Positions 61,901 through 64,000 of a stretch of DNA of 64,000 nucleotides are shown here, piece by piece. Made by a program: the position numbers and the translations under genes. Below the pieces are notes generated by a model. That model had not been told where the DNA came from, did not search any database, and was given only the letters and a program-made list of their open reading frames with translations. The stretch is from Paramoeba atlantica. Its lineage: Eukaryota; Protista; Discosea. The number at the start of each line of letters is the position of its first letter. The stretch's first letter is position 1. Location: positions 1-64,000 of the forward strand of contig CDRNVI010000007.1 in NCBI GenBank assembly GCA_977017575.1, written 5' to 3'.

Positions 61901-63112
61901 ATGAAAATATTACGCAAGTCCATGGACCGCGAGGGGGGTGGGCGACTCACGTTACTTCCCGAGCACGCCGAGGACATGTGGGACATGTACAACCTGCTCG
62001 CCGCCGGGGACACGATTAAAACCAAGACCACACGAAAGATTCAAACCGACGCCTCGGGGGGTAAATCTGCCACAGCCCATCGTAAAGTGTTGACGCTAAT
62101 CCTTCGGCTCGTGCGTATTGAGTATGACGCCGTGAGCCTCACTCTACGGGTCGCGGGGATTAACATTGGGGAGAATGAATTCGTGCGACTCGGACAGCAT
62201 CACACATTTACGTTGCAGCTCGGGTACGAGCTCAGTGTCGGGAAAGGGTCCTGGGATCCCGCCCATATGGAACACATTAAAGCCTCCTGTGACCGTGTAG
62301 CCTCTGCGGAGCTCGCGGCGGTGACCATGGAACCCGGGGTCGCACATATATCGTTAATTACCCCCAGCATGACACTTACACGAGAAACTATCGAGTCTGG
62401 GGTACCGAGAAAATCTCGTGCTTGTTACGATCCATCCAGCCGGGACAAGGCGATGGAAAAGTTTTTCGATAAAATTATTTCCGCCATGGAGCGACATGTT
62501 CACTGGGAGCATGTAAAAGTTTGTGTGATCGGATCCCCGGGATTCTTACGAGAACAATTCCTGGAGTATTTATTTCATAATAGTCCAGAAGCTGTGCAAC
62601 ACAAGAGTCGATTTGTGTCCTGTCTTCTGCACAGTGCGCACCGACGAGCGTTGGCTGAGGCTCTGGCCGATCCCGGGCTGCGGTCCCAGTTAGCCGACGT
62701 GAAGGCGTGTGAGGAGGCACGAGCGTTGGAATTGTTTTTTAAAAACATGAACGAAGACCCGGACACGGTGTGCTATGGCCCCCGGCATGTTGCGGAGGCG
62801 ATTACTCGGAATGCTGTGGACACGCTACTACTGTGTGATACGCTGTTGAGTGCGGGGTATCCCACGCGTAGGCGATACGTTGCATTGGTAGATAACGTCC
62901 ATGAGCTCGGGGGGAAGGTGTTGTTCTTCTCCTCGTTGCATGTCACCGGAAGGCAGCTCGCACAAATGTCTGGGATTGCCGCGCTGCTGCGCTATCCTCT
63001 ACCGGAGCTTGATAGTATCGTGGAAACGTTGGCCCCGCTGGAGGAGCATGGGGTCAAGGAAAAAACGCTTTTCGTGAAGGAGGGTGCAGTTCATGCAAAC
63101 GCAACGAAGTAG
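61901..63112 (+). CDS. PELO: Pelota/Dom34 (eRF1 family)
   Basis: EDMWDMYNLL..GD....T.RK, VRLGQHHT, IGSPGF and YGP.HV..A....AVDTLL...LHVTGRQL..MSGIAALLRYPLP motifs. Confidence 0.96.
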   Translation: MKILRKSMDREGGGRLTLLPEHAEDMWDMYNLLAAGDTIKTKTTRKIQTDASGGKSATAHRKVLTLILRLVRIEYDAVSLTLRVAGINIGENEFVRLGQHHTFTLQLGYELSVGKGSWDPAHMEHIKASCDRVASAELAAVTMEPGVAHISLITPSMTLTRETIESGVPRKSRACYDPSSRDKAMEKFFDKIISAMERHVHWEHVKVCVIGSPGFLREQFLEYLFHNSPEAVQHKSRFVSCLLHSAHRRALAEALADPGLRSQLADVKACEEARALELFFKNMNEDPDTVCYGPRHVAEAITRNAVDTLLLCDTLLSAGYPTRRRYVALVDNVHELGGKVLFFSSLHVTGRQLAQMSGIAALLRYPLPELDSIVETLAPLEEHGVKEKTLFVKEGAVHANATK

Positions 63113-63299
63113 CATGTGCGAATGGAATGAGTTATTTATTCATACATGACTTACAATTCTTCAGTCCAATTGATCCCAGGTTTACCCGGATTTCAGTATA
63201 TCACTCTCCTTTTGCTGTTATTCTACTGCAAAGTGTTGTTTTGCAAGTTGTATACCAGGATAGCTTATTTATTTTGGCTACAAGTTTCAAAATAATGAA

Positions 63300-64000
63300 A
63301 TGGAAGAAATAACGGTTATCCTTGGCCTTGAACGAAACAGCAAGGACGGCACTGATCCCCTTATTGGACCTTCGATTCCGTACGATGCTAGAGATCCCGA
63401 AATTTTTGGACATCCGTCCTACATATCGATAGAGAATGACCCCTGTTATTCGAGTATTCGTGTTCTGGAGAAAGCTATGCTTGAGAATCGACAGGCGGAG
63501 AAATACCAAGAGAATTTTATGAACGAAGAATCAGTTAATCGTTTGAAAAGAATTAGAGAGATCCACCCTTATTGGGAGAAAGATTTTCGAGTTTTTAACT
63601 GGCTAAAGAACCTTCATAGGCATTCACAACCTCCAACGGAAAGCACTTCAGGCAGTCCATTTCATGAACAGGATCCACTCCAGACATCACAACTTTTAAA
63701 CGTCCGATATCGGTTGCGTCCTCAAGGACGGAGAAACAGTTTTTTTGAAAAACATGAAATGACTTCAGAGGATTTAATTCGCCTCATGCTTGAAGATCAC
63801 CTGCACCGATTATATCTTCGACAACAAGCTGTACGCTTCGCATGCGTGTCGAAATCCAGCAATGCGGGAATTCTTCCTTGCGACTTGCAATCAACCCAAT
63901 TGTCGTTAGCGGAGAGCATCACAGTTACAGTAGGACGGCGGCTCTATACGGAGAGCTTTCTCAAAAGTTGGGTACAACATAGAGAATACGTAGTACAGAG
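63300..64000 (+). CDS. Partial hypothetical protein running off the window end
   Basis: ATG at 63300 (MEEITVILGLERNSKDG...) with no stop to 64000, read manually. Confidence 0.55.
   Translation, partial: MEEITVILGLERNSKDGTDPLIGPSIPYDARDPEIFGHPSYISIENDPCYSSIRVLEKAMLENRQAEKYQENFMNEESVNRLKRIREIHPYWEKDFRVFNWLKNLHRHSQPPTESTSGSPFHEQDPLQTSQLLNVRYRLRPQGRRNSFFEKHEMTSEDLIRLMLEDHLHRLYLRQQAVRFACVSKSSNAGILPCDLQSTQLSLAESITVTVGRRLYTESFLKSWVQHREYVVQ

Noticed and set aside
1800-62500. Apparent ~12-kb periodicity of GC-rich skew switches (1.8, 13.5, 38, 50.2, 62 kb)
   Set aside because: Only two switches are sharp; the others are weak or explained by repeats, and I cannot compute skew to test it

Overview
Eukaryotic window, most likely from a kinetoplastid. 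This is inferred from three things: intronless host genes that all lie on the + strand across 64 kb (polycistronic-style), spliced-leader (SL)-like sequences containing CAGTTTCTGTAC, and an LRR family style reminiscent of Perkinsela-like endosymbionts. The organism assignment is inference. Host genes include an F-box protein, PEX16, two LRR proteins, DNA polymerase theta, TYW2, a cytochrome b5 reductase-like protein, Sec6, APC10, a 3189-aa internally repeated protein, a Tc38/p38-like protein and pelota. Intergenic spaces are packed with nested mobile DNA: an intact-ORF Tc1-like element (DD32E), a dead pogo-like element, a Harbinger-like element with its MITE derivative, and several TA-flanked MITE families that share a GCCGCGAAGCGGC hairpin plus T-tract. 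The standout is a full-length RLE-type (HERO/NeSL-like) non-LTR retrotransposon. Its 5' end is an SL exon, it carries three unusual CxHxC..CxHxCC zinc-finger motifs, and it sits in a 14-bp minisatellite inside a MITE. A degenerate tandem pair of SL-RNA-like genes (451-bp period) lies on the - strand at about 37.8-38.4 kb. Two sharp C-rich to G-rich strand-skew switches occur inside coding sequence.
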